Positions 29,063 to 39,634 of a stretch of 64,000 nucleotides of DNA are shown here, piece by piece (position 1 is the stretch's first letter; every line of letters begins with the position of its first letter). The DNA comes from an uncultured Gemmatimonadaceae bacterium (GTDB lineage Bacteria; Gemmatimonadota; Gemmatimonadetes; Gemmatimonadales; GWC2-71-9): the NCBI GenBank assembly GCA_964487785.1, contig CAZASU010000001.1, positions 10,633-74,632 of the forward strand, given 5' to 3'. The notes below the pieces were generated by a model. The model saw only the letters and a program-made list of their open reading frames with translations, made no database searches and had not been told where the DNA came from. The translations under genes were made by a program, and so were the position numbers.

Positions 29063-29368
29063 ATGGGGAAGGTTGGTTCCCTTCCCGACGTAAATAGGCC
29101 AAAAAGCGCCCGCCAGCGTCCCCGCAGCGAAGAACTATCCAGGGTCGACTTCGACCGAGAGGTCTATGCCTGGCGGCATGAGGTCCGTGGCGGGAAATCT
29201 CCGACCTTGCGGATAGAGCGGAAGGTTCTTGAGGACTATCCGGCCTTCGCAGTGCTGCACCACCTAGACAGGCTCAGGGTAGCCGCTGCCATTCGCGCAC
29301 GGCCCGACGCCCACTTTGTTATCGTCCAGGACGGTTCTAAAGTGACCCTCGAGGAAGCCTTACTATAG
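29063..29368 (+). CDS. Hypothetical small protein
   Basis: 101-aa ORF. Its C-terminal RARPDAHFVIVQDGSKVTLEEALL is echoed by a remnant at 30749-30826 (RWDPAARYVVVQNGSRVILEEALVG). Confidence 0.4.
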   Translation: MGKVGSLPDVNRPKSARQRPRSEELSRVDFDREVYAWRHEVRGGKSPTLRIERKVLEDYPAFAVLHHLDRLRVAAAIRARPDAHFVIVQDGSKVTLEEALL

Positions 29369-29577
29369 GGCAGTGAGGGGATCTCAGGTGTCGCAAAAGG
29401 GCCCCTCGCTGTCGCATTCCGGCCCTAGTCGACCTCCAGCCTAAGCTGTACGCTACACCAAAGCAGTCTGCCGTCTCCTGCCCCCTTGGAGGTCCCCATG
29501 CGCTCGCCGGCTGGGAAGGTGATCGCCAAGCTCCGGCCGCTCCGATTCGAGCAGCTCCCGCGTCCTGAGGCTACCCC

Positions 29578-29973
29578 ATGACGCAGCCACGGATCCTGGT
29601 CGTCGATGACGACGCGGGCACTCGAGCCTCTCTTGCCCAGCTGCTCACCAAAGCTGGGTACCGGGTAACCCAGGCGAGCAATGGATCTGAGGCCGTCCGC
29701 TTGTGGCGGGAGTCTGGAGGAGACCTCGTGATACTGGATCTCTTCATGCCCGAAAAAGATGGCATTGAGACGATCGTGGAGCTCCGGGCACACAGTCCCG
29801 GCGTCCTGATCATCGCGATGTCTGGAGGAGGCGAGCAGCTCAACAGGTTGGATCTGCTCGGAGATGCAAGGCTCCTTGGTGCGGTGCGAACCATCGCGAA
29901 GCCGTTTGCTCCGGGGGAGCTGCTGGAAGCGGTGAAGCGCGCGCTCAATCCTGGGGACCAGCCGAAGCGCTGA
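29578..29973 (+). CDS. Stand-alone receiver-domain response regulator
   Basis: RILVVDDDAGTR...DLVILDLFMPEKDG...TIAKPF. Confidence 0.8.
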   Translation: MTQPRILVVDDDAGTRASLAQLLTKAGYRVTQASNGSEAVRLWRESGGDLVILDLFMPEKDGIETIVELRAHSPGVLIIAMSGGGEQLNRLDLLGDARLLGAVRTIAKPFAPGELLEAVKRALNPGDQPKR

Positions 29974-30148
29974 GCTGTGGGACGCGCTCCGCTCACCCGG
30001 CTCAGGAGATTCTCGGTGTCCAAGGGGGGAAGGCCGGCAGACCCGCACCCCGTGAGTCTCGCACGGCCAGTCGGCGATTCTGAGCGCCAACTAGGGCGAC
30101 CGGCCTCCCTGCGGGACAGCCTTCCAAGACCCCGACACTTGCCGAGCC

Positions 30149-30748
30149 ATGTCAAAGCCTAGCGAGTCACCGGCAGACAAACATCACCGCTGGGCCCGCC
30201 TCCGCCCAGAAGAGCACCGTGGCTACCCCGCGGTCTATCACCACGTATGGTTCCGAGTCGTTGAGCGCCACGACCCAGACGTACCGCTCATGCCGGACTA
30301 CATCTGGCTCGACCTGGCGGGAAGCGCCCAGCGTGTGTGGGGCGCGCACTTTGAGATAGCGGAGCGGTCTAAGCGGCGGATCCTCGTAGTGGATGATGAC
30401 CACAGCATTCGTCAGACACTTCAGATCGCCCTAAGCAACACGGGCTATGAAGTCCTCCAGGCTCAAGACGGAGAGGAGGCTACCCGCCTCTGGCACGAGA
30501 CGGGCCCCGATCTCGTCATAGCTGACATCCATATGCCCAAGAAGAGCGGCCTTCTCCTAATTCAGGACCTTCAGGCTCATAGCACCTCCACCCTCGTCAT
30601 CGCCATGACGGATGGGGGCCCCGCCAGCCGCTTCAATCTGCTCGGCCTTGCGGAACTCCTGGGTGCCGTTCGGACCATCGCGAAGCCGTTTACCTTGGAA
30701 GAGATGCTGGCCATGGTGCAGCAGGAGCTAGACAGGGGCAGCAGGTGA
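30149..30748 (+). CDS. Response regulator receiver with a ~75-aa N-terminal extension (paralog of 29578..29973)
   Basis: RILVVDDDHSIR...DLVIADIHMPKKSG...LLGAVRTIAKPF is closely similar to the upstream receiver. The N-terminal extension has no recognised domain. Confidence 0.65.
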   Translation: MSKPSESPADKHHRWARLRPEEHRGYPAVYHHVWFRVVERHDPDVPLMPDYIWLDLAGSAQRVWGAHFEIAERSKRRILVVDDDHSIRQTLQIALSNTGYEVLQAQDGEEATRLWHETGPDLVIADIHMPKKSGLLLIQDLQAHSTSTLVIAMTDGGPASRFNLLGLAELLGAVRTIAKPFTLEEMLAMVQQELDRGSR

Positions 30749-31116
30749 GATGGGATCCGGCCGCCCGGTATGTCGTAGTGCAGAACGGCTCGAGGGTGAT
30801 CCTTGAGGAGGCCTTAGTAGGATAGGACCCTGCCGGCATCCAGCAGCAGCCTTACTTTGTCAGCGATGCGAATGCCCACCCAATCTCCAGCGACCCACCC
30901 GGGCGAGATGCCGCAACTCCAACCTCTGCGCACCGGTCTCGCTGCTGAGGAACAATGAAGGACTTAGTCCTTGGTGCAGCAATTGGAGTCCTACTAGACC
31001 GACTCGCCATACGAGTGAACCGCGCCCACCAAGGCAAAGGACTCGCTCTGAACCTACGTGAGGAGATTGCATCAGCGTCCTTTGGTGCTTCCGGGGTACT
31101 GTGGATCTGCTTTAGC

Positions 31117-31381
31117 CTAGGCTCTCCCGTCTGCCTGCGGAGACCCCACCGGGGTCAGCCGCGCGGCTTCCTCCGCCAAGCGCATCAGCTCCCACGGCGT
31201 CACGTCGAGCGCCTTAGCCCTGCTCGATCGTCTCCAGGTAGATCTGGTATTCCCCGCGCTCCATCCCGGCTAGGATCCGCCAGTCCAAGCCCACTATGTC
31301 CCCAAAGTCCTCCGGTGCGATGCCCCGCTCTAGGCGAAGTCGCCGGACAACCTCCCCGAACGGTGTTTGAAACTCAGCCAT
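31117..31381 (-). pseudogene. XRE-family HTH regulator, frameshifted
   Basis: MAEFQTPFGEVVRRLRLERGIAPEDFG...LETIEQG then hits a stop. The expected continuation AKALDVTPWELMRLAEEAA... lies in another frame, with the shift at the C3 run 31218-31220. Confidence 0.5.
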
Positions 31382-31476
31382 ACGATGCACTACCTTTCCA
31401 GGACTCCAGTTCACCAGGTTCTCCCATTTAGATAACGCGCGAGAGAACCTCACCGGCGTCTTGGGCACCTCGCACA

Positions 31477-31845
31477 ATGGTGAGTAGCTTCGTGCGCGGC
31501 CACCACGAGCACTGGGACGGTCGCGGGTACCCCGATGGATTGGCTGGCGATGCGATCCCCTGGGGAGCGAGGCTTGTCGGTGCAGCGGAGATCTATGACG
31601 CGCTCACGACTTCGCGTCCATATCAGAGGCGGATGCAACCAGACCAGGCAATCGACCGCATGGGACACCTGGTGGGTGCCGTAATCGATGCCGAGGTCTT
31701 CGAAGCAATGGCGGCCGTAGTCGAGAGGCACGACGCGCTCGTTTTCATTGAAGACGGCCAAGAGAAAGCCTACCGGGCCGGAATCCCGCAGGATACCCTG
31801 AATCCGGTTGTGCTTCCTGCTGAACGGCCACCCTCGGCCCCCTGA
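31477..31845 (+). pseudogene. HD-GYP domain fragment (N-terminally truncated)
   Basis: HHEHWDGRGYPDGLAGDAIPWGARLVGAAEIYDALTTSRPYQ is present, but the upstream HD...HDxGK part and any receiver are missing. Confidence 0.65.
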
Positions 31846-32102
31846 CGACCACATACAGGCGAGTTGAGCGAGGCGGACTGTCCGCCGCCATACGTTTAAA
31901 CCCCCATCAGCACATCGAAGCTCTCCGGCTCTCAGGCGCATACAGCGGTGACGTGGGCAGGTTTTGCCGATAAGCCAACTGGACTCGGCCGCCGCTACAC
32001 GGCCTGGTTGGGGACTCGCCTATGCTTTAGAACCGTACCCCATCAGCCGATAACTGGTCTGGCAGGACCACGGCGACCCCACACCCCCCTGGGCCGTCCT
32101 GA

Positions 32103-32962
32103 CGATCCCAGGATCGCTTAGCAGGGATCGGTGCAGGTGCCAACGACTTCATCACCAAACCGATCGATTCGGGGGATCTCCTTCTCAGAGTGCGCAACGC
32201 GGTCACCACGAAGCGGCTGTACGACGAGGTAACCGGCCAGTTCCGAAAGCTCCAGGAGCTCGAGGTCGCACGCGAGACGCTGACTCATATGATGGTGCAC
32301 GATCTCCGTTCTCCGCTCACCGGACTTCAGGCCTACTTGGACCTGCTTGGGATGGCCATCGCCACAGGCGCGAAGGACGAGGTTCTCGAGTTTGCCCGGG
32401 AAGCGAACGTCATAGCAGGTCAATTAAAGGAATTGGTTAGCCAAGTATTGGATGTCAGTCGGCTTGAATCCGGGCAGATGCCCCTGGCCACTGAGGAGAC
32501 CGATCTAGTCCCGCTTGTGCCCGTAGCCGTGGCTTCATTGGGGCCTGCCCCGGCCGATGTGCGTGTCGCCTACGATATGCCGGGGCACGCAGTCGTCGTG
32601 ACCTGCGATCGAGACCTTGTATGTCGTGTGCTCACCAATCTGGTCGGGAATGCGTACAAGTTTACGCCCAAGGGGGCATGGTGCGCATTGGCCTGGAGCA
32701 GCGAAATGGGTGTATTCGCCTCACCGTCACGGACGATGGGCCTGGAGTCGCGGCAGAATTTCGGGATGTCATATTCCAGAAATTTGGGCAATCTCCTCTG
32801 GGCCGGGCCGCACCGCAGCGGTCCGCGGGCCTTGGTCTCACCTTCCGTAAGCTCGCGGTCGAAGCGCACGGGGGAGAAATCGGCGTGGAAACCGCGAGCA
32901 CCGGGGGAGCCCGATTCTGGGTCCAGTTGCCAAAGGTTTCGACCGGCGTGGCGCCGTCATGA
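32103..32962 (+). pseudogene. Receiver-HisKA-HATPase kinase, 5'-truncated and frameshifted
   Basis: Opens just after a stop with only the receiver tail (GAGANDFITKPIDSGDLLLRV). The H-box is MVHDLRSPLTGL. The frame breaks after NAYKFTPKG at the G5 run 32672-32676 and continues as GMVRIGLEQRNGCIRLTVTDDGPGV...GLGLTFRKLAVEAHGG in ORF 32621..32962. Confidence 0.65.
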
Positions 32963-34086
32963 CGTCAAGGCAACCCGCTAGAGTGCTCCCGGATTCCGGG
33001 CTCCTGCATGTCACTCTACCCCGGATACGGCCGAGGTTCGAGAATGCCCGTATCTTGATCATAGACGATGAGGTCAAGAACGTCGACGTTCTAAGGCGCA
33101 TTCTACAGCGGGCTGGTTACCGCAACATCGTAGGTACTACCGACCCGGTCGGGGGCCTTGCCCTCTATGCCAAGCAGGATCCCGACCTCCTGTTGCTGGA
33201 CCTGCACATGCCCGGTCTCGACGGCGTCGCGGTCATGGAGCGCCTCAAGCAGGTAGCCCCCCGCTATAGCTATGTCTCCGTCTTGGTGCTCTCCGGCGAC
33301 AGTTCCCTGGAAGCACGACGCAGGGCCTTGGCCATCGGAGCGAAGGACTTCCTGACGAAACCTTTTGAGATGGATGAGGTCCTGCTTCGAATCCAGAATC
33401 TGCTGGAGACCCGGCAGCTCCATCGAGAGATTACGGCACAGAATCAGCTACTGGAGACCAAGGTTCGGATGCGGACCGCCGAGCTTGAGGCGGCGCAACT
33501 CGAAACCATCGACCGGCTCGCCAAGGCCGCTGAGTTTCGCGACGACGATACTGGTCGCCACACCCAGCGGGTGGGTAAGCTAGCTGAGCTCCTCGGCAGG
33601 GCGATCAACTTGCCCGAGGATCATACGGCAATACTCCGACGAGCGGCGCCTCTCCATGACGTCGGAAAGATCGGCATCCCTGACTCAATACTCCTCAAGC
33701 CGGGGCCGTTGAGCCACGCCGAACGGGAGGTGATGCGGAGCCATACAACGATAGGTGCCAAGATCCTCTCGGGTGGCCGATCTCCCATCATGCAGATGGC
33801 CGGCGAAATCGCCCTCTCGCACCATGAACGATGGGATGGCTCAGGTTATCCGGCAGGTAGGGCCGGTGAGGAGATTCCGCTGACGGCCCGTATCGTAGCT
33901 ATAGCGGATGTCTTCGACGCGCTCTCCTCCGACCGCGTGTACCGGACTGCCTGGTCGCCCGAGGACGTGCTTGCCGAGATCACACGACAGAGGGCTCGGC
34001 AATTCGACCCGTTCCTTGTAGCCGCGTGCTCCCGCCCATCAGTTCGGGAACAGCTCCTCGCAAACCAATTCGTGCAGCCGGGCTAA
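32959..34086 (+). CDS. Response regulator with an HD-GYP output domain (RpfG-like c-di-GMP phosphodiesterase)
   Basis: Receiver: ILIIDDEVKNV...LLLLDLHMPGLDG...TKPF. HD-GYP: PLHDVGKIGIPDSILLKPG and HHERWDGSGYPAG. Confidence 0.85.
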   Translation: MTSRQPARVLPDSGLLHVTLPRIRPRFENARILIIDDEVKNVDVLRRILQRAGYRNIVGTTDPVGGLALYAKQDPDLLLLDLHMPGLDGVAVMERLKQVAPRYSYVSVLVLSGDSSLEARRRALAIGAKDFLTKPFEMDEVLLRIQNLLETRQLHREITAQNQLLETKVRMRTAELEAAQLETIDRLAKAAEFRDDDTGRHTQRVGKLAELLGRAINLPEDHTAILRRAAPLHDVGKIGIPDSILLKPGPLSHAEREVMRSHTTIGAKILSGGRSPIMQMAGEIALSHHERWDGSGYPAGRAGEEIPLTARIVAIADVFDALSSDRVYRTAWSPEDVLAEITRQRARQFDPFLVAACSRPSVREQLLANQFVQPG

Positions 34087-34443
34087 GGCAGAAAATCCGA
34101 TGTTTGATCGCCCTCTTTCCAACACCGGGAGCTTCTGAATGGGGCGGCTGAGCAGTGGGAATCTGCCAAACAGTACGCAAGCCACGGCCGCTGGGGTGCG
34201 AAGGACCAAGTCTATCGCCTTGAAACAATAGATGATGGGTCTATGGCCCGGGATCTGCTTGAGCAGCAACCGGCGAACAGGTTCTTTCCAGAATGGGTCA
34301 GGTCACTCGTCCGCACCCCCCACGACCACCCAGTTCTTGCTGCACACCTTACCGTGTGTTCGCTCCGAGGTCGCCGCGCGCCCCCTGCGACTAAGCGAAG
34401 CCCTCAGGACGCCTTGCACCCGGTGGCTCAGGGGTACCGAACG

Positions 34444-36426
34444 ATGAGCAACGCGAACCTCTCCGCACGGTCGAGCGCAACCCCGGCACATCAGCTCAGG
34501 ATCGGGGCGTTCGTCGCGCTGAGCCTGGTCATCCTCGCCCCCAGGGGCCTCGCCCAGCAGCCGGACACCACTGCTCAGCAGCCGGACTCCGGCTCGTCTA
34601 CCGCGGTTCTCAAAACTCTCAGCGTCGAAGAGTTGATGAACGTCGTGGTGATCTCGGTGTCCAAACGTGCCGAATCCCTCTCGCACGTGGCCTCCGCGGT
34701 CCAAGTCATCACGCAGGAGGACATTCGCCGCTCCAGCGCCACGAGCCTTCCGGAGGTGTTGCGGCTAGCCTCTAACCTCCAGGTAGCCCAGGTTGACTCG
34801 CGCCAATGGGCTATCGGTGCCCGCGGATTCAACGGCACAACGGCCAACAAGCTCTTGGTGCTCATTGACGGGCGCACTATCTACACGCCTCTCTACTCAG
34901 GCGTGTTCTGGGACGTGCAAGACGTGCCGCTCCAGGATATTGACCGGATTGAAGTCATCAGCGGGCCGGGCGCCACTTTGTGGGGAGCCAACGCCGTGAA
35001 CGGGGTGATCAATGTCATAACGAAGAAGGCTCAGGACACCCAGGGGCTGCTGGTAGCCGGTGGCGGAGGTACAGCGGTGCGGGGCTTCGGAACCGCCCGA
35101 TATGGGGGCACGGTCGGCACCGGTGTACGTTATCGGGTTTACGGGAAGGGGTTTGCCCGTGACGCGGCGGAGTTGCTCACCGGCCTGGACGCAACCGATG
35201 ACTGGCACATGGGACAGGGCGGTTTCAGGATCGAGTGGCAGTCGTCGGAGATCAACCGGCTGACCCTGCAAGGCGATCTCTACGGCGGTCGCATGAACCA
35301 AGCAGCAGGGGAAGACGTCGACGTGAGTGGAGGAAACGCGATCGGACGGTGGTCGCACACCTTCTCCGCAACGTCCGATATCCGGGTGCAGTTGTACTAC
35401 GACCGTACCCACCGGACCATTCCCGGCACTTTTGCCGAAGACCTGAACAGCTACGACGTGGAGTTCCAGCATCGAAAGCGGCTGGGCGATCGGCACGTTC
35501 TGGTGTGGGGCCTAGGCTACCGCCTGATCGACGACGACGTCAGCAACAGCCCCGCGCTGGCTTTTCTGCCGCCGGAGGTCGTACGGCACTGGTTCAGCGG
35601 CTTCCTCCAGGACGACATCACGCTTGTCCAGGACCGGCTGGGCGTGGCGCTGGGCGCAAAGATCGAGCACAACGATTATACCGGAATTGAGGTCCAGCCC
35701 AGCGGACGTCTGAACTGGAGGGTGACACCCTCAGGAACCCTCTGGGCAGCCGTCTCTCGCGCTCTGAGAACGCCTTCCCGAATCGACCGGGAGTTCTTCG
35801 TACCAAGCCAGCCTCCGTATGCCCTCGCCGGCGGCTCCGATTTTCGCTCAGAAGCAGAGATGGCGTACGAGCTGGGCTACCGCCTGCAGCGGCGGGCTCT
35901 GGCGGTGTCCCTCGCGACCTTCTACAACCGCTATCAAGGGCTCCGCAGCCTGGAGCAGACCAATCCGCCGGCCACCTTGCCCGTGGTTATCGGCAACGGG
36001 CTGGAGGGCCAATCGTACGGAGCCGAACTCACCGCCGATTATCGGGTCACGGATAGATGGCGGCTTCGGGCCGGCTACACCGAGCTACGTATCGATATTT
36101 GGCCTGGCCCCGGCAGCACCGACAGATCCGGGGGAAGCGCGGAATCTCATGCGCCCAACCGCCAATTCTCGCTGCATTCGTCGGCCGATCTTCCGATGGA
36201 TCTGCGACTCGACGGCGGATTTCGGTATGTGAGCGAGATCGTCAACCAGCAGGTGCCGGGGTACGCGGAGCTGGATGCGCGCCTCACCTGGAGCCCTACC
36301 GACGAGCTGGCTTTGTCTCTTGCCGGACAGAATCTCCTACACCGCCGTCACGTTGAGTTTGGGTCGCCAGCCACACGCCGAGCCATTGGGCGCGGCATAC
36401 ATGGATCAGTCGAATGGCGCTTCTGA
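34444..36426 (+). CDS. TonB-dependent outer-membrane receptor
   Basis: ATG at 34444 with a signal peptide ending GLAQQ. Plug motifs are VVISVSKRAESL, IDGRTIYTPLYSG and IEVISGPGATLWGANAVNGVINVITKK. The beta-barrel ends ...GSVEWRF. Confidence 0.85.
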   Translation: MSNANLSARSSATPAHQLRIGAFVALSLVILAPRGLAQQPDTTAQQPDSGSSTAVLKTLSVEELMNVVVISVSKRAESLSHVASAVQVITQEDIRRSSATSLPEVLRLASNLQVAQVDSRQWAIGARGFNGTTANKLLVLIDGRTIYTPLYSGVFWDVQDVPLQDIDRIEVISGPGATLWGANAVNGVINVITKKAQDTQGLLVAGGGGTAVRGFGTARYGGTVGTGVRYRVYGKGFARDAAELLTGLDATDDWHMGQGGFRIEWQSSEINRLTLQGDLYGGRMNQAAGEDVDVSGGNAIGRWSHTFSATSDIRVQLYYDRTHRTIPGTFAEDLNSYDVEFQHRKRLGDRHVLVWGLGYRLIDDDVSNSPALAFLPPEVVRHWFSGFLQDDITLVQDRLGVALGAKIEHNDYTGIEVQPSGRLNWRVTPSGTLWAAVSRALRTPSRIDREFFVPSQPPYALAGGSDFRSEAEMAYELGYRLQRRALAVSLATFYNRYQGLRSLEQTNPPATLPVVIGNGLEGQSYGAELTADYRVTDRWRLRAGYTELRIDIWPGPGSTDRSGGSAESHAPNRQFSLHSSADLPMDLRLDGGFRYVSEIVNQQVPGYAELDARLTWSPTDELALSLAGQNLLHRRHVEFGSPATRRAIGRGIHGSVEWRF

Positions 36427-36992
36427 ACCCGAAAGCGCCAAAGGTGGCTCGCGCCTTGTGGGCCGTTACGGCAGCCCTACTGCTACTGGTGACGGGTCCG
36501 GCGAGGGCGCAGACCGTGCGGGCGGCGGCGTCCGATGTGCAAGCTGTATTCCTGTTCAACTTCGCGCAGTTCGTCGAGTGGCCATCCGACGCTTTCGCCG
36601 GTTCCGAGGACCCGCTGGTCATCGGCATTCTGGGCGACGACCCATTCGGCAGCGTTCTCGATGAGATCGTCCGCGGCGAAACGGTGCGAGGGCGGCCCTT
36701 CAAGATCCGCCGCTACCGGCGACTCGACCAGGTCAAGAGCTGTCACATTCTCTTCATCAGCCGATCCGAGGCGAAGCGGCTGGAGGAAATTCTCGCTTTC
36801 GTTAAAGACCAGCCGATTCTTACCGTAAGCAACGGTGAGGACTTCGCTGACCAGGGCGGGATCATCCGGTTCATCCTCGAGCAAAGCAGAATCCGGTTGA
36901 GCATCGATCTCGAGGTCGCGCAGGCGACGCGACTGACGTTTAGCTCCAAGCTGCTGCGGTCGGCCGCAGTCGTCCCCTCTCAACAGCCCTAG
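36414..36992 (+). CDS. YfiR-like / DUF4154 periplasmic protein
   Basis: Signal peptide, then VQAVFLFNFAQFVEWP, CHILFIS, ILTVS and IRFILEQSRIRLSIDLEVA. It overlaps the TBDR gene end by 13 nt. Confidence 0.75.
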   Translation: MALLNPKAPKVARALWAVTAALLLLVTGPARAQTVRAAASDVQAVFLFNFAQFVEWPSDAFAGSEDPLVIGILGDDPFGSVLDEIVRGETVRGRPFKIRRYRRLDQVKSCHILFISRSEAKRLEEILAFVKDQPILTVSNGEDFADQGGIIRFILEQSRIRLSIDLEVAQATRLTFSSKLLRSAAVVPSQQP

Positions 36993-36994
36993 GA

Positions 36995-39634
36995 ATGGCG
37001 TTTGGCGACTGGCCGATCCGGCGGAAGCTGACGGCGATGCTCCTGCTTATCAGCGGCATGGTGCTGCTGCTGACGTCCGCCGCGTTCATGGGGTACCAGT
37101 ACTTGTCCTTCCGCCAGACCATGCATGAAAGCTTATCCACCCTCGGTCGAATCATCGCCGCCAATAGCACGGCCTCTCTGGCCTTTGATAACGACGCCGA
37201 CGCCAGAGAGATCCTATCCGCGCTCAGAGCCGAGCCGCATGTCGTGGCCGCCGCACTCTATGACAAGGACGGTCACCTGTTCGCCAGGTATCCGGCCAAC
37301 CTGCCCAGCGATGGCCTACCGACCGCGCCAGCGCGGGACGGCTATCGCTTCGAGGCAGGCCATCTGGTCGGCTTCCAGCCGGTGGCGGAGGCGAGCACCC
37401 GGCGTCTCGGCACGTTGTACCTTGACTCCGATCTCAAGGCCGTCTACAGCACATTGCGACTCTCAGGTCTCATCGCCGCGGCTGTCATGACGGTCTCATT
37501 GCTAGCGGCGTACCTCCTGTCCATTGCGCTTCAGGGTATGATCTCGCAACCCATCCTGATTCTGGCGGAGACTGCCAGGGCGGTCTCCGATCGTCGGGAT
37601 TACTCCGTGCGAGCGCCCGAGTTGGCCCGGGACGAGTTGGGGGTGCTGACCGAGGCCTTCAACCACATGCTCGGCCGCATCGAGGACCAGAATGGAGCCC
37701 TGCACGAAAGCAAGGAACGCTTGGACCTCGCGCTCGAGTCCGCCGGTGTGGGCACCTGGAGCTGGGACGTCGGCCGCAACGCGCTTATATGGGACGACTT
37801 CCTTCATCCGCTGTTCGGCCTTCCGCCCAAAACGTCCCCCAGCCCGTACGAGGATTTTCTCGCGCTGGTGCACCCCGATGACCGCGAACGCATTGCGCGG
37901 GAGACGTCGGAGGCGCTGGAGAACGACGTGCCCTACGACACTGAGTACCGAGTCTTGTGGCCTAACCGCAACGAACGCGTTCTGGCCTCGAGGGGCAAGG
38001 TGTATCGGGATCCCGCGGGCAAGCCGCCGCGAATGACCGGCGTGTGCTGGGACATCACCGAGCGGCGTCTGGTGACGGAGCAGCGTCAAGCACGGGAGGC
38101 GGCCGATGCCGCCAACCGCGCCAAGAGTAACTTCCTGGCAAGCATGAGCCACGAACTGCGGACCCCGCTAAATGCAATCATCGGGTTCTCGGAGCTCCTG
38201 GAAAACCACACGTTCGGTGAACTTAACGAGCGCCAGCAGCGCTACGTCACCAATGTGCTCACCAGTGGTCGCCACCTGCTTCAATTGATCAACGATATTC
38301 TTGACCTGTCTAAGGTCGAGGCCGGTCACATGGAACTGGCGCTCTCGGAATTTGATGTAGGGACGGCGCTGAGGGATGCGCGGACCATTGTGGGAACGCT
38401 CGCGGAGAAGAAGCACCTAAGCCTCGAGGTCGAGGTGGAAGATGCAGTTCCCGCGCTGACGGCCGATCAGTCCAAGTTCAAGCAGATCCTTTATAACCTC
38501 TTGAGTAACGCGATCAAGTTCACGCCTGAGGGGGGCCAGATCCGCGTAACGGTGGGACTGTCCTCCGAGGTTGGCGTCAGGGAGGGTGGAGAGTGGATTG
38601 AGATCGCCGTCAGCGATACTGGAATCGGGCTCAAGCCGGAGGACCACGAGCGGATCTTCGGGACGTTCGAGCAGGTGAATTCCGCGTATGCTCGGGAACA
38701 ACAGGGCACGGGGCTGGGGTTAGCGTTGACGAGGAAGTTCGTGGAATTGCATGGGGGTCGGATCTGGGTGGAGAGCGAAATCGATAAAGGGAGCGTTTTT
38801 CGGTTCGTCCTGCCTCTAGCACGGCATGCCATTCCCCAGCGGCTCGTCGCCGTGACAGGCGCAGAGGCGGTCGACGGCTTGGGGAGTGGCCCCGTCGTGC
38901 TGGTCGTCGAGGACGATCGCCAGGCAGGGGATCTGCTCACTCACCTTCTTATCCAAGCGGGCTACCGAGTAGCGCGTGCATCTACCGGGGATCAAGCGGT
39001 TGCGATGGCCCGGAAGCTCCGGCCTGATGGGATCACGCTCGACGTCCTGCTTCCGGACCAGGACGGACTGAAAGTCCTCGCGCAACTGAAAGCTCTGCCA
39101 GAGACCCGAACGATTCCAGTGGTCGTCGTGTCGATCAGCGACGACCGGGAACTAGGCTTCAGTCTCGGAGCCGTGGACTGGTTGGTCAAACCTGCAAACC
39201 CCGTCGAGTTCGTGGCGGCAGTACGCCGGGCCATTGCTGGCACCGGAGCGGCGGAGCCCCCAAGAGTGCTCGTGGTCGATGACGAACCGCCAATCGTGGA
39301 GCTCCTGACCGACATGCTCACGACGCAGGGATTTGAGGTCCTTTCGGCTCACGATGGCTATCGGGGCATCGCACTGGCGCGGGCCGAACGGCCGGACCTG
39401 ATTGTCCTGGATCTGATGATGCCGGAGCTCACCGGCTTCGACGTCGTACGGGAGCTTCGGCTACACCCCGAGAGCCGGGAGATCCCGATCCTCATCTTCA
39501 CCGTCAAGGATTTGACGGCAGAGGAACGCGAGCGACTGCGGGGCAGCGTGCAGGGGGTTGTCACCAAAGGAGCGGCGGGAGACCTGCTGCGCGAGCTGGC
39601 ACGGGTGCTATCGATCCAAGGCCGCAGAAGATGA
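36995..39634 (+). CDS. Hybrid sensor histidine kinase (CHASE8-like sensor, HAMP, PAS, HisKA, HATPase, two receivers)
   Basis: N-terminus has TM1, then [48 protein letters not shown], then TM2. H-box [19 protein letters not shown]-box [18 protein letters not shown]. Receivers VLVVEDD...[10 protein letters not shown] and VLVVDDE...[10 protein letters not shown]. Confidence 0.88.
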   Translation: MAFGDWPIRRKLTAMLLLISGMVLLLTSAAFMGYQYLSFRQTMHESLSTLGRIIAANSTASLAFDNDADAREILSALRAEPHVVAAALYDKDGHLFARYPANLPSDGLPTAPARDGYRFEAGHLVGFQPVAEASTRRLGTLYLDSDLKAVYSTLRLSGLIAAAVMTVSLLAAYLLSIALQGMISQPILILAETARAVSDRRDYSVRAPELARDELGVLTEAFNHMLGRIEDQNGALHESKERLDLALESAGVGTWSWDVGRNALIWDDFLHPLFGLPPKTSPSPYEDFLALVHPDDRERIARETSEALENDVPYDTEYRVLWPNRNERVLASRGKVYRDPAGKPPRMTGVCWDITERRLVTEQRQAREAADAANRAKSNFLASMSHELRTPLNAIIGFSELLENHTFGELNERQQRYVTNVLTSGRHLLQLINDILDLSKVEAGHMELALSEFDVGTALRDARTIVGTLAEKKHLSLEVEVEDAVPALTADQSKFKQILYNLLSNAIKFTPEGGQIRVTVGLSSEVGVREGGEWIEIAVSDTGIGLKPEDHERIFGTFEQVNSAYAREQQGTGLGLALTRKFVELHGGRIWVESEIDKGSVFRFVLPLARHAIPQRLVAVTGAEAVDGLGSGPVVLVVEDDRQAGDLLTHLLIQAGYRVARASTGDQAVAMARKLRPDGITLDVLLPDQDGLKVLAQLKALPETRTIPVVVVSISDDRELGFSLGAVDWLVKPANPVEFVAAVRRAIAGTGAAEPPRVLVVDDEPPIVELLTDMLTTQGFEVLSAHDGYRGIALARAERPDLIVLDLMMPELTGFDVVRELRLHPESREIPILIFTVKDLTAEERERLRGSVQGVVTKGAAGDLLRELARVLSIQGRRR

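Noticed and set aside
29498-29581. 27-codon upstream ORF whose stop overlaps the ATG of the first island response regulator.
   Set aside because: It is too short and has no recognisable features. It could equally be the leftover 3' end of a deleted gene. It is mentioned only within the duplicated-module finding.
30955-31941. ORFs 30955..31431(+) and 31450..31941(-) as real genes in the island's gap.
   Set aside because: They overlap the better-supported XRE and HD-GYP remnants on the opposite strand or in another frame, and they have shadow-like composition.
34087-34443. Cobalamin or other riboswitch in the 357-nt leader of the TonB-dependent receptor.
   Set aside because: I could not identify a convincing B12 box or another conserved riboswitch core by eye. 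The receptor belongs to a YfiR/kinase operon type that is not known to be riboswitch-controlled. A cmsearch would be needed before making any claim.
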